The notes: a model not told the origin generated them from the sequence alone. Shown: positions 9,566 to 18,638, counted from the first letter of the stretch. The stretch is 64,000 bases of DNA from an uncultured Candidatus Saccharibacteria bacterium (GCA_964596615.1 CAZQUN010000001.1:1750-65749); one strand, 5' to 3'. Made by a program: numbers and translations.

Positions 9566-10123
9566 TTAAACTGTCATTATTTCCCCCTCTTTTTTCTTTT
9601 TCATCTCGTCAATCTTCTGATTATACTCATCAACGATTTTCTGAAGTTCATCTTTACCCCTAAATTTATCATCTTCCGTTATTTCCTTCCTCTGTTCTAA
9701 ATCCTGAATTTGCCGCCAGGCTTCTTCCCTTTGCCGACGAACGCTAACTCGGCATTCCTCTACTTTTTCATGAAGAATCTTGGTTAATTCCTTTCTCCTT
9801 TCCTCGCTTAAAGGAGGAATTTGTAAACGAATTGAATCATTGTCAACTACCGGACTTAATCCTAATTTTGACTGACCAATCGCTTTTTCAATTGTCGGAA
9901 TAATGTTCTTATCCCAGGGACGAACAATCATTAAACGGGGTTCCGGAGATTGAATAGCGGCTAATTGTTTTAAGGGCATTTTTTGGTCATAGACCTCAAC
10001 TTCCAGATTCTCTAAAAGACTCGGTGTTGCCCGGCCGGCCTGAAGACCAGCCATTTCTTCTTTGAGATAATTAATGGTTCTTTCAAGGCTGGGCTTAATT
10101 TTATCAATAATTTCCTTATACAT
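9566..10123 (-). CDS. frr: Ribosome recycling factor
   Basis: RRF-like sequence along its length. The start is placed at the ATG (MYKEII) preceded by GAGGA with 6-nt spacing, directly after the upstream stop. The ORF-track start at 10147 would overlap the upstream gene. Confidence 0.85.
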   Translation of the reverse strand: MYKEIIDKIKPSLERTINYLKEEMAGLQAGRATPSLLENLEVEVYDQKMPLKQLAAIQSPEPRLMIVRPWDKNIIPTIEKAIGQSKLGLSPVVDNDSIRLQIPPLSEERRKELTKILHEKVEECRVSVRRQREEAWRQIQDLEQRKEITEDDKFRGKDELQKIVDEYNQKIDEMKKKKEGEIMTV

Positions 10124-10124
10124 A

Positions 10125-11180
10125 TTATTCCTCATGCATACCGACATAAATCATTTTTGGATCATTAGGATCAATGGCGATAACCTTAATATTTCTCTGG
10201 CTGTTTAATCCATGGACAGTCCAGTTAATTCCCCGGTCAATACTCCGGTAAAGAACCGGACCGGCGCCATAATACAAATAGTCGGTATTATTATTTTCAA
10301 CAGTCAGACTTAAAACCGGCTTTGAATTAGGCGGCATAATAATATTGACTTCCTGCCAGGTATTCCCGCCATCTTTGGTCGTTAAAAGCCCGTATTCTGA
10401 CCCGGCATACAAGACACTAGGCCTTTTTGAATCAATAACCAGGTTTTCTACTCTTTCTGACTGGCGAAAGTCCTCTAACTTTTCCTCAAACGAAACCCAG
10501 TTTTTTCCTTTATCAAATGTTTTGTAAATACCTTTTTCAAAAGTGCTTAAATAAACAGTCCGGGTATCCTGAGGGTTAATGACAATGTCTGAAATAATAT
10601 CCTCAAACCATTTCATTGTTTCCCAGGATTTACCATAGTCAGTACTTTTAAGGAATCCGCCCTGGGCAGTACCGATATAGACTACGGCAGAGTCAAAGCT
10701 ATCAATCGCCACCGCAAAAACAGCAAATTTTTCTTTTGAGACAATATAGACTTCTTCCCATGATTCACCGCCGTCCTGACTTCTAAAAACTCGGCCTTTT
10801 TTATCCTGATAAACTCCGGCATAAATCCGGTCAGGATTTTTCGGGTCAATAGCAATATCGTGGACATTAGCCCGGGAAGAAAAAACTCCATTCTTATCTT
10901 CCAATCGATGCCAGTATTTCCCCTGGGAAAAACTTTTGTAAATTCCATTACCCCGGCTACCAAGATAAAGAATATCAGTATTATCCGGATTAATTGCTAT
11001 TGATAAAACATTCAAAGCAGTGATGGAAAGAGCATCATCTCTGATAGTTAAATGTTCCCAGCTTTCGCCTTGGTCAAGGGACTGATACAATCCGCCATCA
11101 GAAATTCTTTCCTGGCACTGAGTTGGTAAAAAAGCCAGAAAAGCAAAGACCGGAACAATAGCAAAAAGAGATTTTTTCAT
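10125..11180 (-). CDS. Secreted BNR/Asp-box repeat beta-propeller protein
   Basis: Signal peptide (MKKSLFAIVPVFAFLAF), then repeated S-x-D-x-G-x-(T/S)-W Asp-box motifs (DQGESW, DGGESW, DYGKSW, DGGNTW, DRGINW). Confidence 0.6.
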   Translation of the reverse strand: MKKSLFAIVPVFAFLAFLPTQCQERISDGGLYQSLDQGESWEHLTIRDDALSITALNVLSIAINPDNTDILYLGSRGNGIYKSFSQGKYWHRLEDKNGVFSSRANVHDIAIDPKNPDRIYAGVYQDKKGRVFRSQDGGESWEEVYIVSKEKFAVFAVAIDSFDSAVVYIGTAQGGFLKSTDYGKSWETMKWFEDIISDIVINPQDTRTVYLSTFEKGIYKTFDKGKNWVSFEEKLEDFRQSERVENLVIDSKRPSVLYAGSEYGLLTTKDGGNTWQEVNIIMPPNSKPVLSLTVENNNTDYLYYGAGPVLYRSIDRGINWTVHGLNSQRNIKVIAIDPNDPKMIYVGMHEE

Positions 11181-12094
11181 ATTTCCAACATTAGAACTTC
11201 CAAAGCTAATCGAGCATTAATGCTCGGATTAACCAAAAGCCAGTCCGTTTTTTTAATTGATTGAATAATTTGTTTAAGTTTTAGAGTTGAATACGATTTC
11301 TGGTATTTAACTGATTCAGGATAAAGAGCCAAATCAGAACAACCGGCGTTTAATAAGATTAAATCTCTGAACCAAAAAATCCAGGTATTAAGAATCCGAC
11401 GAGCCAAAGGAATATTCTTTGATATTTCTTCAGCATACTGATATCTTCCATTCAAATCTGATTTCAAAACCTTTTCTAATTGAGAGATTATCTTTCCTTC
11501 TCTTTTTAAAAGTTCCGGGTTTTCTAAATATTCAACGGCTAATCTTGGCCGACCATTGGCCAAACGAACAATTTGTTTAATATCTCCTTTCTGACCTGAA
11601 AGCCCTTGCTTTATCTTATCGCTTGAAACAGGCAAGAAATTAACCAACTGACAACGGGAAACAATTGTTGGTAAAAGCTTTTTAGGAGCAGAAGTGATTA
11701 AAATCAAAACTGCTTTTCCAGTTGGCTCTTCTAATGTTTTTAATAGAGAATTACTTGCATCAGGTGTCATCATTTCCGCCCGATCAACTAAAGCAATCTT
11801 ATAGGGAGCAGAGTAGGGATACAAACTCATCTGATGAGAGATTTTTCTTCCTTGGGGAATTCCAATTTCTAATTCCTTTCTAATTCCATTTTTTTCAACA
11901 ATTTCCGGCTGAATAATTAAAACATCCGGATTAATCTTATTAACCCCCTGGCCATTAAGCATTTTAATAAACTCTTCGGCGACTGCCCTTTTGCCCAGAT
12001 ATGAAGGACCGGAAAATAAATAGGCGTGAGCAATCCGCCCGTTTTTAACACTTTTCTTCAAGAAATCCAAAACACGCTCATGACCAATAATCAT
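11177..12094 (-). CDS. holB: DNA polymerase III delta-prime subunit
   Basis: N-terminal AAA+ clamp-loader fold (HAYLFSGPSYLGKRAVAEEF), an SRC-like TIVSRCQ motif, 305 aa. Confidence 0.8.
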   Translation of the reverse strand: MIIGHERVLDFLKKSVKNGRIAHAYLFSGPSYLGKRAVAEEFIKMLNGQGVNKINPDVLIIQPEIVEKNGIRKELEIGIPQGRKISHQMSLYPYSAPYKIALVDRAEMMTPDASNSLLKTLEEPTGKAVLILITSAPKKLLPTIVSRCQLVNFLPVSSDKIKQGLSGQKGDIKQIVRLANGRPRLAVEYLENPELLKREGKIISQLEKVLKSDLNGRYQYAEEISKNIPLARRILNTWIFWFRDLILLNAGCSDLALYPESVKYQKSYSTLKLKQIIQSIKKTDWLLVNPSINARLALEVLMLEI

Positions 12095-12136
12095 AGGGTT
12101 ATCTTATCATGTCCGAGGAAATATCACAACAAACCA

Positions 12137-12165
12137 TTGACAAGACCAGTGATAAGTGATATAAT
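12137..12165 (+). promoter_or_regulatory. Consensus sigma70-type promoter TTGACA-17-TATAAT
   Basis: TTGACA at 12137-12142, an exact 17-nt spacer, TATAAT at 12160-12165. It drives a ~70-nt leader ending in AAAGGAGG before the ATG at 12239. Confidence 0.55.
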
Positions 12166-12238
12166 ATAGGCAAGAAAATCGTACATTTACTTGAAAAGGT
12201 TTCGAAATACTAATCCAGACAAAGGAGGATATAATAAG

Positions 12239-12427
12239 ATGATAAAAAGACGATTGTTTGGGGCGTTTTTCGGGCTTTTAATAGCGTTGGGGATTAATCT
12301 TTTTACAGTCCCCGTTATAGATATGCCCGAATACGCCGTTTGGGAAGCAGAGGCCAAAATTGGAATGATTCTTTTCTACGCAGGAATTGCTCCAATTTGT
12401 TCAAAAATTTTTGAAAAAAATTACTAG
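12239..12427 (+). CDS. Small hydrophobic membrane protein (62 aa)
   Basis: ATG at 12239 is preceded by AAAGGAGG. Product MIKRRLFGAFFGLLIALGINLFTVPVIDMPEYAVWEAEAKIGMILFYAGIAPICSKIFEKNY has two hydrophobic helices. Confidence 0.5.
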   Translation: MIKRRLFGAFFGLLIALGINLFTVPVIDMPEYAVWEAEAKIGMILFYAGIAPICSKIFEKNY

Positions 12428-12438
12428 AGGAGAAAAAA

Positions 12439-12540
12439 ATGCAGACAAAAGCAGACAATATATTACACGGCATCATGTTCGCAGCTGTGACCTTGATGCT
12501 CGCGGCGGGGTTAGCCACAATACACTTTCCCGCCTGGTAA
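12439..12540 (+). CDS. Tiny hydrophobic peptide (33 aa), translationally coupled to the preceding small gene
   Basis: AGAGGAG at 12426-12432 sits 6 nt before the ATG at 12439 and overlaps the upstream stop. Product MQTKADNILHGIMFAAVTLMLAAGLATIHFPAW. A terminator follows immediately. Confidence 0.4.
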   Translation: MQTKADNILHGIMFAAVTLMLAAGLATIHFPAW

Positions 12541-12545
12541 AATTC

Positions 12546-12596
12546 GGCCCCTCTAGGACACCAAAGTTCTAAAGTCCTAACGGGGCCTTTTATTTT
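12546..12596 (+). terminator. Rho-independent terminator; its right arm overlaps the stop of the convergent GT gene
   Basis: GGCCCCTCTAGGAC...GTCCTAACGGGGCC stem-loop followed by TTTTATTTT. Confidence 0.6.
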
Positions 12597-13698
12597 CCTC
12601 AAGAATCCTTAAAACAAATTCCTTTATTTCCATCTCAAATCTTTCTGATGAAAATTTCTCAGCCCTTTTTCTAATTAGTATTGGGTTATAACTATTAACA
12701 TTGATTAATAATCGGCGAATTCCGTCAGCCAATGATTCCGTCGCCGGATCATCAAAAAACTCTCCAGTCACCCCCTCAATTATTGTTTCAATTGCCCCGC
12801 CTTTTCGATAAGCCAAAACTGGTTTGCCATAACTCATGGCTTCAACCGGAGCAATGCCAAAATCATCTTCACCGGGGAAAATAAAGGCCCGGCAATTTCT
12901 AAAATATTTCTTAGTAGTTTCATCTGATTGCCAGCCCAGAAACTTAATATTCTTCCTGGCCATTTTTTCCAGGTTTTTTCTTTCCGGTCCCTGCCCGATA
13001 ACGACTAAAGGCAATTCCAGCTTATTAAAAGCATCAACCGCTAAATCAATTCTTTTGTAAGGAGTTAATTGAGAGACGATTAGAAAGTAATCTTTGCCAG
13101 AAAGATTGTTATTCTCCAAAGCCTCTTCTCCTAAATCAACCGGTGGATAAATTACCTTTGACTTTTTGCCGTAATATTTTTTAATTCTTTGAGCGGTTGC
13201 TTTGGAGTTAGCGATAAAGTAATCGACCCGTTTGGCAGCTGACCGATCCCAAAGCCGGATATAGTGCATCATTAGACGAATGGCCAGATTAGTTAAAATC
13301 CCCTTTCTTTGTTGTTTAACATAATTAGCATAAGCATCCCAACCAAATCGCATTGGGCTATGGCAATAGCAAATATGGATAGATTTAGGCCGGGTAATAA
13401 CTCCTTTAATAAAACTACTTGAAGAAGAAATGACTAAATCAAAATCGCGTAAATCAATTGATTCTGGAGCAGTTGGCAGAAAAGGTAAAAGATATTTATG
13501 TCTTTTTCGCCAAAACCGGGGAAAGCCCTGAAGAAATGAAGTATTAACCCTATTGCCCGAAAAATATTTTCCCATTTTCTTCTTATCATAAAGCAGAGTA
13601 AAAGTCTCTGCCTGGGGAAAAATCTTTTTCAAACTTAAAAAGACCCTCTCGGCCCCTCCTAATCTGATTAAATAATCATGAACTAATGCAATTTTCAT
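12577..13698 (-). CDS. Glycosyltransferase family 1 (GT4-like)
   Basis: 373 aa; GT-B retaining-GT signature region (EDDFGIAPVEAMSYGKPVLA), N-terminal MKIALVHDYL..GGAERV. Confidence 0.8.
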   Translation of the reverse strand: MKIALVHDYLIRLGGAERVFLSLKKIFPQAETFTLLYDKKKMGKYFSGNRVNTSFLQGFPRFWRKRHKYLLPFLPTAPESIDLRDFDLVISSSSSFIKGVITRPKSIHICYCHSPMRFGWDAYANYVKQQRKGILTNLAIRLMMHYIRLWDRSAAKRVDYFIANSKATAQRIKKYYGKKSKVIYPPVDLGEEALENNNLSGKDYFLIVSQLTPYKRIDLAVDAFNKLELPLVVIGQGPERKNLEKMARKNIKFLGWQSDETTKKYFRNCRAFIFPGEDDFGIAPVEAMSYGKPVLAYRKGGAIETIIEGVTGEFFDDPATESLADGIRRLLINVNSYNPILIRKRAEKFSSERFEMEIKEFVLRILEENKRPR

Positions 13699-13763
13699 TT
13701 TACTTTACATAACTATGATAATATATTATCTTGTAACTAACAACTAAACAAAGGAGGTGTCTT

Positions 13764-14006
13764 GTGAATATAATAACCATTAAGCCTTTGTATGGGGATG
13801 AAATGAAAATAACAACCGATGGCGAACTCTGGGGATTCAGAGCAGGTGATAAAATTACGGATGAATCTCCGCACAACTCCTGGTACCAAAAAACAGTTAT
13901 CGTCAAAGGATTCAGTCTGAAAGGAAATGGTTTATGGGGACAAGCGAAAGGAGATCTGTTCTGTCTAATGGCTTTCCGACCCGACAATCTAGTTCGTTTA
14001 GAATAA
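13764..14006 (+). CDS. Hypothetical small protein (80 aa), GTG start
   Basis: AAAGGAGG lies 6 nt upstream of GTG 13764. A GGTCCG-gtaa-CGGACC hairpin (14024-14039) follows the stop. Confidence 0.45.
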   Translation: MNIITIKPLYGDEMKITTDGELWGFRAGDKITDESPHNSWYQKTVIVKGFSLKGNGLWGQAKGDLFCLMAFRPDNLVRLE

Positions 14007-14055
14007 CCTCAAAACAGATAATAGGTCCGGTAACGGACCCGTTATTTCATTCCTC

Positions 14056-14083
14056 TTGACAAATTTACATAATTAAGTAAAAT
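14056..14083 (+). promoter_or_regulatory. Sigma70-type promoter TTGACA-16-TAAAAT
   Basis: TTGACA at 14056-14061 and TAAAAT at 14078-14083. Confidence 0.5.
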
Positions 14084-14126
14084 GGTGATATTGTTCTTCT
14101 AACCACTAAATAAAAGGAGTTCTTTA

Positions 14127-14303
14127 TGATTGGTATCGGGCTAGTCTGTAGAAAGAGAAGGCCTCGGAGAGTCTTTTTGCCGAAAGACAAGAGTAGAGAG
14201 GAAAACACAAAAAATGGACAAGGTCTTCCATTTACCAAAATAAACACAACGCAGAAAAGGCTTCCAGCAAACCGACTTAAAACAGTAGAAAACGACTCCT
14301 AAC
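14127..14303 (+). CDS. Candidate small basic protein (58 aa), or the coding part of a small RNA
   Basis: AAGGAG at 14114-14119 lies 7 nt before the ATG. Product MIGIGLVCRKRRPRRVFLPKDKSREENTKNGQGLPFTKINTTQKRLPANRLKTVENDS. It is below the ORF-track size cutoff, and its 3' end overlaps the convergent GT gene by 5 nt. Confidence 0.3.
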
Positions 14304-15354
14304 TATTCGCTAGGACCCTAAGGGTTCCCTCAGCGCATTTTTGCCAGGAAAATCTCCTGGCATTTTTCTTTCCCTGACTGACTAATCTTTTCTTTAATTC
14401 CTTGTCATCAATAATCTTGTACATTGCCTGAGCAATTTGTTCAACATTATCCGGCTCCACCAGAATTGCTCCCTGACCGGCAACTTCCGGCATAGAGGAT
14501 ATATTGGAAGTTATGACCGGACAGCCAACCGCCTGGGCTTCTAAAATTGGGAATCCAAAACCCTCATAAAAGGATGGCAAAACAAAAGCATCGGCATTTT
14601 TTAAAAGATTCCATTTTTCATTTTCCTGAACATATCCTTTTTCAATAATATCACTTTCTTTTTTTTCTTGATACCCATAACCCTTTGACCCAACCAGAAC
14701 CAATTTATGCGACGCCTGATATTTCTTCTTAAACAAACTAAAGGCCTTAATTAATCCATTAATGTTTTTCTTGCTCTCCAGACGACCAATAAAGAGAAAA
14801 TATGGTTTTTCTGTTGATTGAGTCGGCATTAAATATTTTTCATCAGGAGCTTCAATTCCATGAGCAACAACTTCAATCTTATCTGGATTAATTTTATACA
14901 ATTCAACCAAATCCCTTTTAGTGCTTTCTGAAGGAGTAATAATCTTTCTGGCATTTCTTGAAGCATATTTAGTCGCCCATCTTAAATAGATTAAATGTTT
15001 TTTTGGATACAATTCGGGATAATATTCATATTCCAAACCCTGAATTGTAACAACCGAATTAGAAGGATGAATTAAAGGCAGAACATGAACAGGGATAAAT
15101 AAGATATCTGGTTTGTTAATTGCCATTTCTCCGGCTAACCTGATTTGAGTCCACATTGGCAAAGGCCATTTTAATCTTTTTAATTCAAAATTCTCCGGCA
15201 AGTCAATTTGGGAAGAACGATTGTTATACAAAAGAAAACGATGCTTTCTGGCTCCCTCCAGCATCGTTAGATGTTTAATTAATTGATGAGTATATTCCTC
15301 TACTCCTGTTCTCGGCTCTTTGAAAGCCGCAACAGCATTAATACCAATCTTCAT
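14299..15354 (-). CDS. Glycosyltransferase family 1 (GT4-like)
   Basis: 351 aa; GT-B C-terminal domain motif (LPSFYEGFGFPILEAQAVGCPVITS). Confidence 0.8.
   Translation of the reverse strand: MKIGINAVAAFKEPRTGVEEYTHQLIKHLTMLEGARKHRFLLYNNRSSQIDLPENFELKRLKWPLPMWTQIRLAGEMAINKPDILFIPVHVLPLIHPSNSVVTIQGLEYEYYPELYPKKHLIYLRWATKYASRNARKIITPSESTKRDLVELYKINPDKIEVVAHGIEAPDEKYLMPTQSTEKPYFLFIGRLESKKNINGLIKAFSLFKKKYQASHKLVLVGSKGYGYQEKKESDIIEKGYVQENEKWNLLKNADAFVLPSFYEGFGFPILEAQAVGCPVITSNISSMPEVAGQGAILVEPDNVEQIAQAMYKIIDDKELKKRLVSQGKKNARRFSWQKCAEGTLRVLANS
14342..14371 (+). terminator. Plus-strand intrinsic-terminator-like hairpin inside the 3' end of the convergent GT gene
   Basis: TGCCAGGA-aaatc-TCCTGGCA, a perfect 8-bp stem, followed by TTTTTCTTT. 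Confidence 0.4.
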
Positions 15355-15355
15355 A

Positions 15356-16363
15356 CTATTTCTTGCTCATTATGCTTTTTTTGTAAACTTCTAAATGTTC
15401 CAAAGCCAGACCGGCTCCTTTGGCAACACAAAGCATTGGCTCTTTGGCTATTCGACAGGAAACACTCGTCTTTTCCGAGATAAGACCATCCAGGTTTTTA
15501 AGCAATGCTCCGCCTCCGGATAAAATCATGCCTCGGTCCATAATATCAGCAACAAGTTCAGGCGGCGTATCCCTTAAAACTGATTTAACCGTTTCAATAA
15601 TTTCTCTTAACTGTTCACCGATTGCTTCTGTGATTTCATTGCTCCTGACTTCAACTGTTTTAGGCAATCCATTAACAAAATCTCTTCCCTGGATTGTCAT
15701 GGCTAATTCTTCTCCCTGTGGAAGGGCGCTACCCAGTTTTACCTTGATCTTTTCAGCGGTTCTGTCGCCAATGGCTAAATTATGTTTCTTTCTGATAAAT
15801 TCACTAATGGCCTGGTCGAGTTTATCTCCGCCAACCCGGACTGAATCACAAGCAACAATCCCGCCCAATGAAATGACGGCCATTTCTGAAGTTCCGCCGC
15901 CAATATCAATAATCATATGACCAGCCGGCTGATTAATATTCAAACCAGCCCCAATTGCCGCCAAGACCGGCTCTTTGACAACATAGGCATTCTTGGCTCC
16001 GGCTTTAACCGTTGCCTCAACAACCGCTCTTTTTTCTGTTGAAGTAATCCCAGCTGGAACAGAAACCATAATATCAGGACGAAAAACCCGCCAGCGGCCT
16101 AAAACTTTGCCGATAAAATATCGGAGCATGGCCTCTGTTATCCGGTAATCAGCAATAACACCATCTTTCATTGGTCGATAAACCGCAACAATATCAGGCG
16201 CCCGGCCAAGCATTTCTTTAGCCTGATTGCCAACTGCCAAAATCCGGTTGTCCTCAACTGAAACCGCCACAACCGTTGGTTCATTGACAATAACTCCCTT
16301 TTTAGGGAGATAAACTAAAGTATTGGCCGTACCTAAATCAACTCCTATTTTCTTAACTAACAT
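15356..16363 (-). CDS. mreB: Second MreB/Mbl-family actin homolog
   Basis: IGVDLGTANTLVYL, EPTVVAV and DIGGGTSEMAVIS; 335 aa; clearly a paralog of 6165-7220. Confidence 0.85.
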   Translation of the reverse strand: MLVKKIGVDLGTANTLVYLPKKGVIVNEPTVVAVSVEDNRILAVGNQAKEMLGRAPDIVAVYRPMKDGVIADYRITEAMLRYFIGKVLGRWRVFRPDIMVSVPAGITSTEKRAVVEATVKAGAKNAYVVKEPVLAAIGAGLNINQPAGHMIIDIGGGTSEMAVISLGGIVACDSVRVGGDKLDQAISEFIRKKHNLAIGDRTAEKIKVKLGSALPQGEELAMTIQGRDFVNGLPKTVEVRSNEITEAIGEQLREIIETVKSVLRDTPPELVADIMDRGMILSGGGALLKNLDGLISEKTSVSCRIAKEPMLCVAKGAGLALEHLEVYKKSIMSKK

Positions 16364-16367
16364 AAAT

Positions 16368-17627
16368 TTAACTAACTCTTTTAATATTCCCTCCTAATTC
16401 TTTAATTCGTTCCTCTATTTTTTCATAACCCCGGTCAATCTGATAAATATTGTCAATGGTTGATTCGCCTTTAGCCATTAACCCGGCAATAACCATGGCA
16501 ATCCCCGCCCTAATATCAGGACTGGTTAAATGTCGGCCAGACAATCCAGTCGGACCCTGGACAACAACCCGATGAGGATCGCAGATAATGATATTAGCGC
16601 CCATTTGATTTAGAATATCGGTATAGAAAAGACGGCCTTCAAAAATGGTCTCATGAACCAGAGACTGACCCCTGGCCTGAGTCATTAAAACAGTAAAAGG
16701 CGCCTGTAAATCAGTTGGAAATCCGGGATACTCATGAGTTCTAATATTAACCGCCTTTAATTCTTTAACTGGTTTTATCTTAACAAAATTTCTGCCAATT
16801 TCAAAATTAACTCCGGCTTTTTCAAAAAGAAACCAAAGAACTTCTAAGTGCTCCGGATTAAGGCCAACAACTTTAATCGGACTATTAGTCGCCGCGCCTA
16901 AAATAGCGAAACTGCCGGCTTCAATCCTATCAGGAATAATCCGGCATCGGCCGCCTTTCAAATACTTAACTCCTTCAATTTCAATATATGGAGTGCCGGC
17001 TCCTTTAATTTTCGCTCCGGATTGATTAAGATAATCAGCCAAAGCAACCACTTCCGGCTCACAGGCTGCATTAAAAAGATTTGTCTTTCCTTTGGCTAGG
17101 ACCCCGGCCAGCATCATTGTTTCGGTTGCCGTAACACTAACCAAAGGAAAAACAAATTTAGTTCCTTTTAATTTACTGGCTAAAAGAAAATATTCGTCTT
17201 TTTTCTCTTTAATTTTAGCGCCAAAAGACTTAAATCCATCAAGGAAGATATCTCTGGGGCGCTGGCCAATGACACAGCCGCCCGGCCTGGGAAAACTAGC
17301 CTGTCCGAACCGAGCTAGCAAGGGCCCAGTCATTAAAACAGAGCCTTTTAGTTTTCTGGCAATTTCTGGTTCTAAAGATGTCTTGTTAATTCCTTTGGCC
17401 GTAAGACGATAAATCCCTTTTGACTTTTTCTTGATTTCTACGCCAATGTCTTCTAATAGTTCTAATAAACGAAAAATGTCCTCAATTTGAGGAACATTGG
17501 AAATATGACATTCTTCATCTGTTAAAAGAGTTGCCGCTAAAATTTTCAAAGCGGCGTTCTTGGCTCCATTAACTTTAATTTCTCCTTTGAGCCGTTTCCC
17601 CCCTTTGATAACAAATCTCTCTGCCAT
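16368..17627 (-). CDS. murA: UDP-N-acetylglucosamine 1-carboxyvinyltransferase
   Basis: 419 aa EPSP-synthase-fold enzyme with MurA motifs (KNAALKILAATLL, catalytic Cys in GGCVIGQRPRD). Confidence 0.9.
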   Translation of the reverse strand: MAERFVIKGGKRLKGEIKVNGAKNAALKILAATLLTDEECHISNVPQIEDIFRLLELLEDIGVEIKKKSKGIYRLTAKGINKTSLEPEIARKLKGSVLMTGPLLARFGQASFPRPGGCVIGQRPRDIFLDGFKSFGAKIKEKKDEYFLLASKLKGTKFVFPLVSVTATETMMLAGVLAKGKTNLFNAACEPEVVALADYLNQSGAKIKGAGTPYIEIEGVKYLKGGRCRIIPDRIEAGSFAILGAATNSPIKVVGLNPEHLEVLWFLFEKAGVNFEIGRNFVKIKPVKELKAVNIRTHEYPGFPTDLQAPFTVLMTQARGQSLVHETIFEGRLFYTDILNQMGANIIICDPHRVVVQGPTGLSGRHLTSPDIRAGIAMVIAGLMAKGESTIDNIYQIDRGYEKIEERIKELGGNIKRVS

Positions 17628-17664
17628 AGTATCTTTATCCTACCCCAGCCAACCATTTCTGACA

Positions 17665-17707
17665 AGAAAAAAGAGTCCCGAGAGTTCATTTTGAACCCTC
17701 GGGACTC
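17665..17707 (-). terminator. Rho-independent terminator, minus strand
   Basis: GAGTCCCGAGGG-loop-CTCTCGGGACTC hairpin followed on the minus strand by TTTTTTCTTGTC, ~130 nt downstream of the stop of 17835-18638. Confidence 0.5.
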
Positions 17708-17834
17708 TGGATTTCGGATTAGGTTAAGCTCCGATTTCCTTTTCTTTCTTCTCTAGGCGAAGGATAACATCGGAAACAATCTCCTTCAACGCTTTTAGGC
17801 TTTCGTCACCACCCTCTGTTCGGCGCCGCTCTAC

Positions 17835-18638
17835 TCATTGAATTACGTATTCCGGGCCGTGGAATCCTTCCAAAGAAACCGCCGGCATTGGCACCTTATT
17901 TCCCTCAACAAGGTTCAACAAGTTCCTGACTATTTCCTTTTCTGTCTTCCGAGCTAAATCATATCGCAACTTCGCCTCTAAAATTTTCTGTTGCTCCCCA
18001 AAGTACTCCTTGCCGGCCTCTGAGTCAATGACTTTATCCTTTCCCTTAGGCCATTTCTGATTAAATTGTTCGGCCAGTTCGTCATAAATTGATTCCGCCT
18101 TTGCTGTTTCTTCCTCGGCCCCGATTAAAGAGGCATTGATCTTGATAAGCGTCTCTTTAGCTTCTTGATTAAGAGCAAAAGATAGATAATGATAGAATTT
18201 CAGCGCCTCTTTACGACAAGAAAGAAGCATTTTCCCGAAACTTTCCTCTGAGATACCGCCATTAGAAGCAACAGTATGCATTTCTGAAATAAATTTTTCC
18301 ACATTTCGCTCATAAAAACTCAAAAGAACTTCGGGCTTGATTATTTCAGCAAGAACCGCTTCCCTCAATAGGTCTCTGATGTCAGTAGTATAAATACTGA
18401 CCTTGGGATTCTGCTTTTCATATTCGCTATAAGCGACATCTCTAGCATCGTAGTTCAAATAATTAAAGTAGGGTTTGCCGTCATCGTCATAGGAATAGTT
18501 GGATACTACACTAGCCGCCATTTTATAAACAACGGTCTTGGTAATATAGTAATCCAATAAACTCAATGCCAAAGGCCCGCCGCTGAAAAACAAAAAAACT
18601 ACCAAAATTGTTCCGATAATCAAACTTTTCTTTTTCAT
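17835..18638 (-). CDS. Hypothetical secreted or membrane-anchored protein (267 aa)
   Basis: N-terminal signal/anchor (MKKKSLIIGTILVVFLFFSGG); no known motif recognised. Confidence 0.5.
   Translation of the reverse strand: MKKKSLIIGTILVVFLFFSGGPLALSLLDYYITKTVVYKMAASVVSNYSYDDDGKPYFNYLNYDARDVAYSEYEKQNPKVSIYTTDIRDLLREAVLAEIIKPEVLLSFYERNVEKFISEMHTVASNGGISEESFGKMLLSCRKEALKFYHYLSFALNQEAKETLIKINASLIGAEEETAKAESIYDELAEQFNQKWPKGKDKVIDSEAGKEYFGEQQKILEAKLRYDLARKTEKEIVRNLLNLVEGNKVPMPAVSLEGFHGPEYVIQ

Noticed and set aside
12315-12602. Minus-strand 95-aa ORF overlapping the twin small-peptide genes
   Set aside because: The promoter, SDs and terminator all support plus-strand expression. The minus ORF has no start signals, though an antisense RNA cannot be excluded.
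14065-14247. Minus-strand 60-aa ORF in the GT-GT spacer
   Set aside because: It is antisense to the better-supported plus-strand promoter, SD and ORF unit and has no translation signals.
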